From assembly GCA_013239625.1 (NCBI GenBank), contig MU053881.1, forward strand, positions 4,671,957 to 4,735,956: a stretch of 64,000 nt of DNA. The letters run 5' to 3'. The notes under the pieces were generated by a model. It was not told the DNA's origin. It searched no databases and was given only the letters and a program-made list of their open reading frames with translations. Position numbers and translations under genes: made by a program. The DNA is from Lama guanicoe. Lineage: Eukaryota. This document shows positions 10,884 through 23,893 of this stretch, piece after piece; positions within the stretch are counted from its first letter, which is position 1; the number at the start of each line of letters is the position of its first letter.

Positions 10884-13800
10884 AAAATCAGATGGACATT
10901 GGAAAATCAAAAAAAAAATCCACATCACTTTGTCCCCAATCAGGACGTCTGTATTTAGTGATCAGACTGGTCTGGTAAGCAACAATCACTGATTGTAAAC
11001 TGTTTAAAAACCATTTTACTGAAAGAATAGGGTTTGTTGCATAAATGTTCTTTGTCAAACACACGATGCTTGCCATTTTTGGCTGGAAATCTGGTTTATG
11101 CTATTTATACGGAGATTTATGTAACTTCTAGATGACTTTTGTATATATTTGTCCGTCTGCTCCCTCTTGTTTTGCATATGGCCAGCACTGAATATATGTT
11201 TGCTGCAGAAAGAGATAAATGAATGGCTGCCTTTGGAAAGCAAACATGTCCAAACATTTGGCCACAAAACTGGGGGAAATGCTGAAGATCGGATAGGCTA
11301 TGAACCTGATCCACTCTCATCTAACCTGAAGGGTCCCATCTGGAAACCTCCCCTCGAGAAGACATCAAAATAAGTCAGCAAAGCAGAAAAAGACGCAGAC
11401 CCACTGGGGAGTCTCAGGCATTGGGAACGATGCTCAGTTTCTTCTAGTTCATACCCGGTAGGATCAAGCACTACCGGGTTCTGTCCCTGAGCCTCTCCCC
11501 GACCTGACTCCACCACTCCTGGCGGGCTGGAGTGAATGGGCCGCCAGCCCTTCGTTGGCACATGAAGCCCGGCGCTACAGTGGTCCAGGGCCAGGCCACA
11601 GAATAACCACCGACTGTTCTTCACCCAATTCTCATCCAATATCAGGGATGACACTCTAGATCCAGAGAGGATTCGTGGAAGGACGCATGGCAGTCCACAC
11701 CTCCACCGAGAGCTGGATTCCCTCAGGTGGTAGGCAGGCTCACCACTGGACGGATGCAAGCTCATTTTAGGTGGGGCTTCATTGCATCCTTACTATTAAA
11801 ACAGTTATAAACTTCTTTGTAGTATTAATTTATATTCCCTAGAAAAATTATAGCTAATCCAGGAAACACTGCTTCGGGAGAGAGCAATCCAAGGGGACAC
11901 CCCACAATTAACCCTTTCCAACGTGAGCTTGAGGAAGGGGAACAAGACTATTAAGCGGCTCTAACTTTTGGGCTTTGGGATCTTTTTTTGTTTTCAGTCC
12001 TCCGCCTCCACAGGACTCCCCAAGTCCTACAGACAACACAGAGTTAAACAGTTATGTGGGTTTCGGAGAGACTGCAAACCATAGAGGTATAAGGGCAGCC
12101 GCCCAGGAAAGGTTCTGAGAAGGTTTGCAGTTTATAAAAATAGCCTGCTTACCTTGGTTTCACCTTTTTCCTTTTTCACATCATGTGTATTATTATCCCA
12201 CAGGACACACCTTGCCAGCAACGGCTCCACATTTTCTAAATTTTACCTTGGGGTAAAATCTGACCACGAAAAAGCTGAACGTTTGGGGTTCTTGCACAGA
12301 CATTTTTATTGGAAGGGCCTTGCTTCCATGGCGTCTGCCTCCAAGGAGGGAGTTTTTTGGTGAGATGTATAAAATTCATTGCTTTGTGTATTGCAGCTCT
12401 GGGGCCAGGAAGTCCTTGACATCACCCCGCACCGTTTCCTCCATGAAAACCCAGGTCCAGCCTCGGTCCCAGCAAGAGCTATGCTTCTCCTAAGCAAGCG
12501 GACTTGGGATCAGCTGCTGGCCAGTATGGCTCTGATTTCCCTCTTTGCTTTGGCCACCACTAAGCTCACAGGCAAATCCTTGGTCCACCTTTAGGAACTG
12601 TGCAGGATGTGAAGGCTCCAATGTCTTTGCACAAGTCTATTTCCGATATGTTCTTACTGTCTTGTCCTTGTTCCTCTCCCCCTACTCCCACCCGCCAACA
12701 TCCTTATTTACATAGGCCATCTGACTGTTTCCTACGTATTTGTTACAAGGTGTCCTAGCTGGAGGAGGGACGGATTCAAAGACGCTTTGGCCTCCCTTTC
12801 ACTCTGTGAAGACAGAGCAGGGAAGAGCATCTGGGCCACAGGATGGGAAAGGCCTGCCTGCACAGAGGAAAACAAACATCCTGTTTGCTCCATGGAGAAA
12901 CACTGTACATTTTTACGTGGTTTGCTTTTATACTTTCGGTAGATTGTGGTTTTCTGAAATTATTTGTTTGGGTGTAAATCACTGAAAGTGGTGTCTGTAT
13001 GTTGCTTGTCTATTTTAGCTTCTTTTTTTTTTTTGTAATTTTTGTGTATTTAGAGCCTCGAGTCTACATATAGCCCACCTGCCCTCCAAAGAAAAAAAAG
13101 AAAAAAAGCCGGGCTACTCTGAAAACCTCAGAAACCAGTCGGCCCCTCTTTCCTACTCTCATCTGATGGAGACACCCGGCACAGCTGGGTGGCGATTCAC
13201 AGGCACAGGCCAGCATCTTCCTGGCCTTCCGTTCTCCCCAGAACCCTTCCTGCAACCTCCCAGGAATTGTAGCATTTTTACTTTAAGTCCTATTCCATAT
13301 TTGGGGTAAAGAAAGACATTCTAATCTTCTATGGCATCGATAGACTAGTGTTTCCTTACAGATAACTGTGCTTGGCTCCTTCCATGAATAATGGTGAATA
13401 CGGTTCTCTCCACTTATCAGCAAGAAAATACAGGCCCGGAGAGTTCAGTGACTTGAGTTTGCATTTGATCCTTCTGTCAATCCCTCAGTAAATGATGGGG
13501 AAGTTGGGGAAAGGCGAGAAACTAAAAATTGAGCTCAGAATTCAAGGAGCTCGGGTAGAAAGGCAGCGTGAAATTAAATCATGGACTATTTCTTCAATAT
13601 CTCTGTCCCCTCCTTCAGCTCCCCTCTTTTGTTCTCAAAATCCTCTTTCTACTCCATCTTTCCTTCCTCAGAAATCTACCAAGGGGCCTTTACTGCCACT
13701 CTTCCCCACTGGCTCCAGACCTCCTAACACTTCTGTCTCTCCAAGCCCCAGTCTGTCCTTTCTTTCCATCCTCTGTTTCAAGGTCAAGGGCCCTGGGAGG

Positions 13801-14379
13801 AGAGGGAAGTGTGATAGATTATTCACTCTAAGGTTACTACAATGGCCCTTTCTTAATATACATTAATATACATTCCTTCTCTCCAAAAGAGTTGCCTTTT
13901 TAAAAGAGACCACAGGGAAGCACCCACACCTTGACTCAAAAGAGGACAATTTCTCGTGCAGGAAATTCAGGCAGTAAGCAATAACCAGGGAAATATTCCA
14001 AGTTGCAGCACGCTTCCTGCCACCCTGACTCCCCTTGCCACCAGACAGCCTGAGGCCCCACACGGCAGTGCTGGACAAGAGGAAGCTCGTCCCCATGTCC
14101 TCCAGTGCCAAGTTACCTTTTATGGCTGGCCTGTGACAAAGGACAGAGCCATCACTGATGGAGAAGAGCCTGGGGCGCGGGTCTGCAGGTCAGAACTACA
14201 GGGGTCGCAGCCCACAGTAGCTGCCACCTTGAGCCACCGTGGGCCAGACCCAAGTGCTCAGCCTTCACCGGGAACCAGACCTGCCTCCCACAGGCAGCTC
14301 ATCGAAAGGCCTCGCCCCCATCAGATCCCCGTGGTTCAAGGAGTTCTCTGAGCCTCCTGGTTTCCTTGCCTGGTGAGTT

Positions 14380-14930
14380 TAAACGCAGGCAGACTCGGCG
14401 CCGGACATCCAAACTCCCCCACCCCCTAGTGGAGAGAGGTGAGCCGTGCGCCTCCCGCCCCGCTCCTGCCAAGACGGGGCCGCCTCCACCCGCTGGGTTC
14501 AGCGAGCCACTCACTGCAGAAGGGAGACACAGGCCCTCCACCGGGCACATTCGTCCCCCACCCCTACCCCCAGGCCTCCCCTGAGGGTCTCTGATGGCCT
14601 GCGCTCAAAGTTTTCTGGCCTACCCAGTCCACGCAGAGTCTTCGACTGGGAGAGGTCAAATATGCGAATAAAAATGGAAAAAGGATGTCTGTGAGCTGAC
14701 TGTCTCAGGGGGAGTACAAGGAGTTATTGGACCAGACACGGGGAAGCTTTACTCTTCCCTAATTAGCCAGGTGTTTGGCATGCTCTGCACTGCACGGGCC
14801 CAGGAAAACGCCACAGGACACGCTCAAGGTAAATCACCCCGCGCAGAGGCCCACAGCTCGCCGGCCCGTGGCTCTGAACAGTTCTGAGGCTCCAAGGAGG
14901 CACGCCGTTCTCCCAGGCCAAGAGCCAGAC
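14380..14930. promoter_or_regulatory. CpG-rich promoter/enhancer-like segment with GC box and CTCF-like motif
   Basis: About 14 CpG in 14380-14560; cccgcccc GC box; minus-strand CCACTAGGGGGTGG at 14419-14432. Confidence 0.45.
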
Positions 14931-15859
14931 TGAAACCCCGTCTTTGGAGCTTGCCTCTGACACGAGTGACAAGCGGAGGACCTCTGTGTTTGGTTTGGGG
15001 GATGTTAGTTTGTTTGTTGCTTTTCCATCAATTGACCAAAAAAAAAAAAAATGTAAGAGAATTCCCTTTTGAATTCCTTAGCTAGATGAACATTTGTGCT
15101 CAGTGACTCGTTCTGCTGGAGAGTTTCTAGGAAAGGGGACTGGGACTAGGCCAAGATGCAGCCTGTCCCACAGAGAGGAGGGGCGCGAGAGATCGCTCCA
15201 GGCGTTCGCCAGGTCGCCTGTTCCTTGGACACGCAGCATCTGTCGGGGCATCAGGACAGAAGGGTAAATAAGCCCCCCTTTTGGGCCTTCCAAAGGCTCC
15301 CCCAAGTCTAGTGAAGGAGACAGATGTAAAGGGAGGAAAAAAACGGCATTTCTCATTTGCCCTGGCGGAGAAGCTCAGAGGAGGTGGCATTTTGTCTGAG
15401 TCTTGAAGAACAAGCAGAAGAAATCTCCTTCTTCGGGAATTTTTTTTAGAAGCGTCCTCATCCTTCCACAAATATCCATGATTGACTCAGTGCCCCAAGG
15501 CGGCCAAGATGAAGCCTTTGAGCCCACTCCAGCCTTCAGCCAGGGGTCCCTAGACACTGCTGCTGGCTCATGGGCCCCCTTCTGAAGTCCACTTCCCCTG
15601 GATCAGGGAGAACGTTGGGGCAAACCATGGAGCCAGTAGCAGGAAAGAGGATGGTCCAAGGGAGAAAAACCCGGCCCCTAGACATTTCTGGGGCCCTCTT
15701 GAATACTTTTTAATTAGAGCCATCACTTAAAAGTTGGACTATTTCATGTAAAAATCCTGACTTTTTCTCTTCTCTGTATGGTGATACTGGGCCCATGTTT
15801 CTGGCATGGCAGTTCTAGGCTGGGGCTGAGTGAGAGCTGCCCCTATCAGACAGCATATG

Positions 15860-16250
15860 TACGAGTTAGCCTTTGCTGCGTAAGAAATCACCCCAAGTTT
15901 AGCGGCTTAAAACAACAGACATTTATCAGCTACGATTCTGGATGTCAGCTATGTGGCCTGGGCTCAGCTAGCATTTCTTCAGTTGATCTCATCTCGGTTC
16001 AATTATATGGCTGTAATCAGAGGCTGACGGGGGTTGGATGGGATACCTCAGTCGTCCTTCACGTGGCCTGTCCAGCAGGCTAGCTCAGCAAGAGAGGGCA
16101 GGGTCCGAAAGGCCAGCATTTTTCAAGCTTCTGCCTACATGCCTTTTGTTAGGGTCCAGTTGGTTAAAGCAAAATACAAGATCAACCAGAATCAAGGGTT
16201 AGGGAAACAGATTTCACCTCTTGATAGGAGGAGCTACAAAGAATGTGTGG
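15860..16250 (-). mobile_element. ERVL-MaLR LTR (MLT1G/H-like)
   Basis: ttgctgcgtaagaaatcaccccaagtttagcggcttaaaacaac...tttcacctcttgataggaggagctacaaag. Confidence 0.75.
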
Positions 16251-16432
16251 TTTATATAAAACAGATAAACAACAAGGTTTTGCTGTGTAGCACAGGGAAC
16301 TATATTCAATATCTTGTAGTTACCTATCATGAAAAAGAATATACGTATTATATGAGTGTGTGAATCACAATGCTGTACACCAGAAACTAACACAACATTG
16401 TAAACCAGCTATACTTCAATAAAAAAATTTTT
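16251..16432 (+). mobile_element. Artiodactyl-type L1 3' end
   Basis: agataaacaacaaggttttgctgtgtagcacagggaactatattcaatatcttgta...aactaacacaacattgtaaaccagctatacttcaataaaaaaa. Confidence 0.88.
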
Positions 16433-17849
16433 TTTCATAAGCTCTCCAGTTCACCGTAACCCCCACCTTGCAGAGACTGGTGTCAGCCACCATTTTTCCT
16501 TGAACTTGAGCTGCCGGTTTTCTTACACCTGGTCTTCCTCAAAACTTCACTATCCCTGGAGCCCTGATGGCATCTATGTCAAGGAATTAAACCTAGAACT
16601 CTTATCTTTCAGCTTGGCTGAGAATAAGCATGCCTAACTGTTCCACTCACACACATGGGAAAGAGAAGTGGATTTGATGAAAATAAAACCCAGAAAGAGG
16701 GCCCAAAGTAGGTGGTTCTGCTCAGGGATGCCAAAGAAAGTTCAGGATGGCCAAGATGCCAGGGGGTGAACAGCCAGGAGAGAGAGCATCAGGGAAGCTG
16801 AGACAGACCAGCGTGCTGGCGGAGGGCACGACGCAGTGCAAGGTGTCCAAGGCAGCCCCTGGAAGAACACACAGAGAGGACAACCGCAGACAAGAAAGGA
16901 GGGGAAAACTCCTTTTATGGAGTCAGTTCTGATCAAACTGGCTCTGCAGCAGAGCACTCAGAGGTGGCAGAGAGCCACGCCCGGAGAGCCCAGGAAAGTG
17001 GCCATGCCCCACATGTCCCGCTGCAAGGCTCATGGGGAACCCAGAAGACTGCAAAACAGGATGCTTGGGGGATAAAACATAGTCTCAGCGAGCAGACATT
17101 CCAGTACACAGTACAGAACATCTCCAGATGACGCAAGAGGATGGCCGGGGAGGGTGCAGTGCATGAGGGGAACGGCGGCGAGTTCCACCAGAACTAACGG
17201 GCAGCACCTGTTACTATGAAAACGGTTGTCCTTCTCCCTCTTTTCATGCAAACTGTTCTGCTTTCATCTCCGAGGGTACAAAAAGTGTGTCTGAAGTTAA
17301 TAAATGTCCTAAAAGATGACACTAGAATTCATATGCTAAAATACACACTGCAACGACGTGACAAACCTCCCAGGTGGTATTCTTGACAAAAGCAAGTGAA
17401 TCTAATCAAATCTTCAGGCTTAAATTCTAGGATCCAGGTAACACTGGGGACAGAGGCACAGGTAACGCAACACCATGAAGAAATACTCAGACGTTCAGAA
17501 CGTGGGGACTTTGTACAACTCAACTGGCTTATCCTCTTGTCGTGATTATTTAAAAAGAAAGACGGAAGCAGTAATAGACTGTTCTAAAATGAAACTGAAG
17601 AGGTATCTCAAGCAAATGCCGTGCAGGAAGGCTGTCTGAATTCTAATCCCTAAAAAACTAAAATCCCAGCCATAAAACACATTTGGGGGGAATAGCAGGG
17701 ATTGCATATTAAGTGATATTATTACTGTGGTTACTGTTAAATGATTGCACATTAATGATAAGGAGAATGATGCTTCTCAGGCATGCCAATGATACTGCAC
17801 ATGTGTAGGAGAGCCTTCTTAGGAAATGTGTGCTAGAGTGTTTAAGGTT

Positions 17850-18440
17850 TGTGCCAGTTATTAAAATATTGTCTCTTGGCTCCAAATTCATCCTTCTATA
17901 CTTGGCTTTGTGATGCTGGGTATGGGATTCTGCAAAACACATGAGACACTCTGCCAAAAGGGGGCGCTCGAGGGAGCGGAGTCTGCAAGGCTGGAGGAGG
18001 AAGAGGCTGGCTCCTTTCTGTCTACTTCCTGTTCCTGTTCTGCGGCCCAGCACTACTTCATCACCCTGGCTGTACTTCTTTCCCATGGCATCCACAGAAT
18101 CCAGCCCCACAGAGACAGCGGCCCTGTCCTCAGAGGTCTGGGTCCCAGCGACACAGCTCAGAGGCCAGCACTCGCTCAGCAGCCCCTCGACTTCAGACAG
18201 GAGAGTTTCAGCCACAGGGACTCTTCTTGTAGGTGTCTAGTTTAACAACACCCATCTTTGGACTTTATGCCACCAGCCCAAAGAATGGTAGCTGCTTCCT
18301 GAAACTGCCTTCTCCATGATCCCTCGGAGTTCTCACTGTATTCTTCCGATCACCCAGCTAGTAACTTTATGGTATCTAGTTAAGTCATCATAGTAAATTC
18401 ATTCCACTCAAATAGGAGGTGTGGTTTCTGTTTCCTGAAG
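17850..18440 (+). mobile_element. LTR41-like ERVL solo LTR with CTCF motif
   Basis: Starts tgtgccagttattaaaatattgtctcttggctccaaattc; tgccaaaagggggcgct at 17952-17968; ends ...ggtgtggtttctgtttcctga. Confidence 0.75.
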
Positions 18441-18500
18441 AGGTGAAGTGTCGTAAATGTTTGCAACTTGCTTGAAAAAGATTCAGCCAAAAGGAAAAAC

Positions 18501-18560
18501 ATAGATAGATAGATAGATAGATAGATAGACAGACAGATAGATACAGAGATACAGAGATAG
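18501..18560. repeat. (GATA)n/(GACA)n compound microsatellite
   Basis: atagatagatagatagatagatagatagacagacagatag. Confidence 0.95.
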
Positions 18561-19314
18561 AGGTATATGTGTGTAGATACAACACACACATCCACAAATA
18601 TACATTGAGACAAAGAAAGGAAGGAGAGGCAAAATTGTTGAATCTCGGTGGTGAGTACAGGGGTGTTGATCATATTAGACCTTCACTTTTCTGTGAGTGT
18701 AAAATTGGTCACACAGAAAAGTTAAATATAAGAAGAAAATCAGGACAGTAGTACCTAACTCATGAAACTGTTATGAGAAGTAAGGGGAGACACTAATGAA
18801 GGGCAAAAAAAAATACTTTGCCACTTTCCCAAACACATCCGCAGCCCCGAAGGCCATGTAGCCCGTGAAAGGTTCGGATCCTGCTGGTTTGGCTGGTCTC
18901 CTCTCCTGGATGGAGAACGCACGTGGATGTGTGAGCAATAATCCGGTATCTGCCATCAGTGGCTGCACCTGCAGCCACTCACGGAGGCCCCGACTTGGCA
19001 GAGAACCCGGGGCTGGGGGGGACGGCTCTTTCACACAGGACCCCTCGAATCATTCCAGCAGAAAAGAATCTCTGCCTTTATGGGAGAGAAAGGGGACATT
19101 TCAGAAACTTCCCTGGGAAATCACTTAACTCGTTATGATCAGTTCCAAACCTCTGACCTAAATCTCAAGCTCCAGGTGGAGCCCCATCTCCTTGCTCTTC
19201 CCTCCCACAGATGCCCCTTTTTCTATGAATGAAAGCCCCTCCTACACCTTATTAAAGATCCTGCCCCCATCTCTTGCCAGAACACAGTCAAGACCTTGTA
19301 ACCACCTTCATTGC

Positions 19315-19450
19315 TCTTTCTTTTTTTAAAACAAGTTCTTGGGTCCAGTTTTCCTGAGACACAGTTGGCATCTGACACCATTATCAGTTTAAGGTGTAAC
19401 ACACAATGATCTGATGAAGGCACATACTGCAATATAATCACCACAATAAG
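19315..19450 (-). mobile_element. L1MA/MB 3'-end fragment
   Basis: cagtttaaggtgtaacacacaatgatctgatg...tactgcaatataatcaccacaataag. Confidence 0.65.
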
Positions 19451-20319
19451 ACATCATTCTTTGTCTCTCTTTTTTTTTTTTCGTTAATTCTTAAACACTA
19501 TCTTGCTTTTCCTCCAAGCCTATGACCACTGAGCCACCATGAAAAGCTGGCCTCTCTTTTGGTCTTGATCACAATACATTGTGTTGGGTTTCCATCTATT
19601 GTTTCTGGATCAAGGTTTGTTGGCTAAATGCTGCTGACTGATCAGTCTGTATCCCACTGCACGTCATTTCGCCTGTATTCTTTCCTTCGTTGGTCACACC
19701 CTCTATTGATCCAATTTTTGGTGAGCACAGTTGGTTTTACTGCCTTATTAAGAAAAACATTTGGCTACCTCAGCCCCAGTTAAATGCCACTCAGACAAGG
19801 AAGGTGTGTGTGAATGTTCGTATGACCTTAAAATAAGAAGGCCAGGGAATCGGCCGCCCATCTCTGGAGGCTCTTTGCAAAGCTTGTCATGTAAATGGCC
19901 ACGGAGGGGGCAGCGCCAGGGTGAAACAGCCAGCCTTACCCCAGGAAAGTGGGCTACCCAAAGTCTGCGACCACTTGGCCCTAAGTGCTCGGTGCTTTGT
20001 TCTGTTGCTTCCTATGCCTGAGACAGCCCCCTTGCCTTGCCGGCCTCCCCAAAGCCTTCTCATCCAGTGAGGTCCGGCTCAAGTGTTACACTCCTCATCA
20101 AGTTTTCCCTACTTCCTCCAGCAAGATGACAGATGGCCAATAAGCCAATACACACGTGAGAAGATGTTTGTCCTCACCATCAGGAAAATGAACATGAAGA
20201 CAGTAAGACAACTATTATAGAACAGCATATGTCACCACGCAGAAATCTGCACGTTCTGAGAAGATGGAGATGTGACCAATGACACCGCGTGTTCCGGAGC
20301 AACGGAGCTGTAGGAGCCC

Positions 20320-20595
20320 TGTGGGCATTCCTCAAAGCCAGAGGTGTTATTTAGCAACAGGTGTTGTTTTCAGATGTTCCATGGTCAAAAATGTTTAGGA
20401 AATGCCAAATTAGACAAAACTAGACAGGCTTACTTACAGCAGGACTTATCACATCCTTTAATATGCTAAGGTGGAACGTGAATATTACACCATGTAATTT
20501 GCAATATAATCCAGGCTTACTTGAACCTTCTGCCTTTTTTTTTTTTTAGGATCGCAAGGCCTAACTCTCCCAAAACATGAATTGGAAAACGCTGC
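20320..20595 (+). mobile_element. hAT-Charlie MITE, MER103C-like
   Basis: gttccatggtcaaaaatgtttaggaaatgc...gcaggacttatcacatcctttaatatgctaa...ggaaaacgctg. Confidence 0.65.
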
Positions 20596-21104
20596 TCAAA
20601 GCTATTTCTCCATCATCAATCCACGGTCAGAACGGTACTTAATGGAAATTTAACAATATAACTTGCCCACCTAACCCAACAGAGCAAGGAAATGAACTAG
20701 ACCAAGAGCTCAGGCTTATCAGTTCTCCACAGAGTCCTCCTCGTCCTCTGCCCTGCTGGTCCAAAGAACACGCGGGAAACACCCTGACAAAAAACTCACA
20801 GTAACACTTCCCAAACTGAATAGGCCCCAGTATCATCATTTTAGCCACTTCAGCTTCACTGAATCCTGTGCATTCAATTCTACTCAGCAGTGGACCGGAC
20901 AAATGGCTGAAAGAGCTAGGATCCTGCACTACAGCCAAGTCATGGACCACATGCTTGACCCTACACTAGCTGGTTGGCAAATGTTCCACAGGATCGGGCT
21001 GAGAAGACCAAGAGCCATACTCATACCCATTAACGACCTCAAAAAAGAGGCAGGGTGACAGCCCAACGTTTTTTTATTCATTATCTCTGAAGAGGGGAAA
21101 TCTG

Positions 21105-21525
21105 TTATGTTAGCTCATTAAGTATCTATGCTTCCCTTTTTGGGGTAACAACACACTTTTCTTTCCCTTCTCTCCCCTCCCCACCTTGATGGGCCCCTTA
21201 ATCCAGGCATCTTGTGCTCTCCTGCCCAAGGAGTGGGTCCTGGACCTAAGACAGGTCAATTAGACCCTCATTCACCCAGAAATTTCAAAGCTAAAATAGA
21301 GCAATAGAAGGTCAAAAAAGGTTAGGCTTTGATGGTCATGAAGGTAAAGCCCCAGACATGGCATTTCAGTCCGCTACCCAGATCCCCAGCATTGTCCTGG
21401 GTCCCCTGCTTGGCATGACTCAGGCATTCAGCATTTCTCTTAATCCTGTGAGTGCACCCGACATCCAGCCAATCCATTCCCAGGGAGTTTCTGTTGCTTG
21501 CAGCTGAAGAACCTGGGCCAATACA
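21105..21525 (+). mobile_element. Old ERVL/MaLR LTR
   Basis: Ends gtttctgttgcttgcagctgaagaacctgggccaataca, a typical MLT1/LTR16 3' terminus. Confidence 0.6.
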
Positions 21526-21609
21526 CTGAGCAAAACAATTCCTACTGGCCTTTTCTTTAACTGGACTTAAAATCTGAAAGTGACCTGAAAGCTTCCCTGA
21601 CAGACTCAC

Positions 21610-21801
21610 CTCCTCAACTCGCACAAAAAGGACACTTCCTCAACACACCCAGTGTCCTTCAGCTCACGAGTGATGGTCAGGTTTCCCACCTGCGTGTGTG
21701 TCCTGAGCAGATTTCCAAGCAACCTCCGTTTTCCACACAGATACCCACTAAACTGCTCTGGGTAGGTAGCAAGTCTGACTTGTGAGTATTTTTCCTCCCA
21801 C
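21610..21801 (-). other. Candidate 192-nt spliced exon, open in phase 2/2
   Basis: ttttgccacag|G...GAG|gtgagt; frame WEEKYSQVRLATYPEQFSGYLCGKRRLLGNLLRTHTQVGNLTITRELKDTGCVEEVSFLCELR has no stop; protein not recognised. Confidence 0.3.
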
Positions 21802-22784
21802 CTGTGGCAAAACTGGCCTTCCGCTGCCACGTATCAAATGCTGCACAGAAGTGCATGCATTTTTTAAATATTCCAGCGAGCATTTGCACAGCCCCCAAAT
21901 GTTCACAGCCTGCCGTTCCGCACAGCCTTTTGGCTCCGTGTCTTGAGGCTCCTGCCTTCAGTCAGGCACTCCAAGTATGGAGTGTGGAAGTGCCCGCTCT
22001 TGGGTTCTTGTCAGCGGCTCACCAGGGATCACCAAGCCAAGGACGTTCTATTCTGAGTGTGGCCCCAGTATGTTTCATTTCATCAACAAAGCACGAGTTT
22101 ATTCTGGAGAGAGATGTTTTGGACACATTCACAGTAGCCAACGAGCAGAACTTCCTTATATGCAGAACACAAAATCATCACATAAAAATCTGACCCAACT
22201 GCCAGTGTGGGGTTTAAAACAAACAAACTCACCCCAAAAATTACCTCTCTGGGCCGGCCAAGTATGCACCTCGGAGGCACAGGCTGCAACGGTGGGACGG
22301 AGACGGTAAAAATCAGACAGCAGTGATTCCTGGTTCTCTGGGGAGTGGCTGGGGACCAAAGCCTCCATTTATCTCCATTGAGCTGGAGGTCTTCAGTGGT
22401 TCCTGTGCAGACATTTCAGATCTGTGCCCTTTGAAAAAACAATGATAGAGGAGAGTTGGCTCGGGTTTTCCATGCAGTGCTGCCCAGGACTCTCAGTGCA
22501 AGAGCAGGAAGGGAACCCAGACTGGTCTCCGCTCTCCAAGGGAGTCAATGAACATGCTGCCCTGCCCATGCCAACGGGTCAGCCCTGGCCCTTTTCTCTT
22601 GCTTTCCCTCTGCTCTGCACAGCCTTTGTTTCCTTCCTCATCTCAGGAGGCGGTTTCCAAACCTCACCTACCCGTCCACCTCCCAACCTGAGCGAGGTGC
22701 CCACAGCCCAGCCCGCCCCACAATGCTCGCCTCTGTACTAGGATTCCACCATGAGACCCTTCCGGGGCCCATTTCCAAGGCTCT

Positions 22785-22870
22785 CTTCCCCACTGGATGA
22801 CTGTGAGCTCCTTGAGCGCAAGGGATGTGTCTGTCTCTGTGTCCCCAGCGCCCGGCCCAGCAACCGCACC
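22785..22870 (+). mobile_element. L2 3' end fragment
   Basis: gactgtgagctccttgagcgcaagggatgtgtctgtctctgtgtccccagcgcc. Confidence 0.7.
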
Positions 22871-23134
22871 CACCACTGGCACTCGCAGGCGAGAACAGAG
22901 CAAAAGAAACAGAAGCACCACAGGCACAATGATGACCACAGCTCCTGGCCCCACGAGCAATGGGTCGCTTAGCCCTGCCTGTGCCAGACCCACCGTGCCC
23001 AGGACAGTGGTGGCCTGGCCTCGTTACTTGCAGCCCTGCACGCTGCCAGCACTCCCCGAAGTGCTGGGACGAGTGGGACCTTCAAGAGGCTGTTGAGGGT
23101 AGCATCTGAGGTCAAGGCCCCCCAGAAACAGACA

Positions 23135-23300
23135 ACGAGGTTCAAATTCTGCCTCCACTATTCACTAGCTGTATGAACATGGGCGAGTTAGCCTCTCGAC
23201 GCCTTGCTTTCTTAACCTGTGAAAGGGGCATAAGTATAACACATCATAGGATTATTGTAAAGATAGGGAAGTTAATGCAGGTAAAACATTTTGTGCCTTC
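23135..23300 (+). mobile_element. MIR SINE
   Basis: ggttcaaattctgcctccactattcactagctgtatgaacatgggcgagtta...cataggattattgtaaagat. Confidence 0.8.
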
Positions 23301-23314
23301 ACTATGTTATTAGT

Positions 23315-23570
23315 TATTTTTTATTGAGATATAATTTACAAATGACTGTATAAGCTTAAGGTGTCCAGTGTGTTGATTTCGTATTTATATATTGCGTATG
23401 ATATAAACCATATTGTATATTGCAATATGATTACCACCATAGCTTTGGCTAACACCTCTATCACATCATATAACTAACATTCCTCTTCTGTGGTGAGATT
23501 GCTTGAAATCTAGTCTCTCAGCAACTTTGAAATTCTGTATATAATACAGTATTGTTAACTCTGCTCATTG
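23315..23570 (-). mobile_element. L1MA9-like 3' end
   Basis: ttttattgagatataatttaca...aaggtgtccagtgtgttgattt...atctagtctctcagcaactttgaa. Confidence 0.75.
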
Positions 23571-23893
23571 CACCTAAAGTGGTTTAGGTGGTGCCCAGAC
23601 ATAGCCTTAAAGAACATTCGATCAAGGAACTAACTCATTCTCGATTCTCTTTCAAACTTCCTGATTATTTCAAGGGAAAAGTCACCATTTAACATAAATC
23701 TCTAAAACTTGCTGTCCTCTCTTTTAACAAAGAGAAAAAAAGACCTCAAGCTCAAGTCTCTGGCAGGACTGGCTGAAATGCGTCAAGTGACTTTTGCCTT
23801 TTTTGTATTAGTGTTATCATGTAGTGGCAGCTGACCATGGTTTTCTATGTATGATAGTGGTATAAATTTTCCATTTAAAATAAATCTATTGAG

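Larger units (their letters stand above)
17340..18730 (+). mobile_element. Ancient L1MC/ME 3' UTR, split by an LTR41-like insertion
   Basis: Host reads ...agtgtttaagg[LTR]tgaagtgtcgtaaatgtttgcaac... continuously across the insertion. Confidence 0.65.

Noticed and set aside
12204..12359. Plus-strand pseudo-exon (cccacag|...TTG|gtgaga, 156 nt, open frame)
   Set aside because: No partner exons or recognisable protein; illustrates the chance rate of exon-like signals
18958..18979. Hairpin agtggctgca-cc-tgcagccact
   Set aside because: A 10-bp stem is near chance expectation in 64 kb; too short for a pre-miRNA
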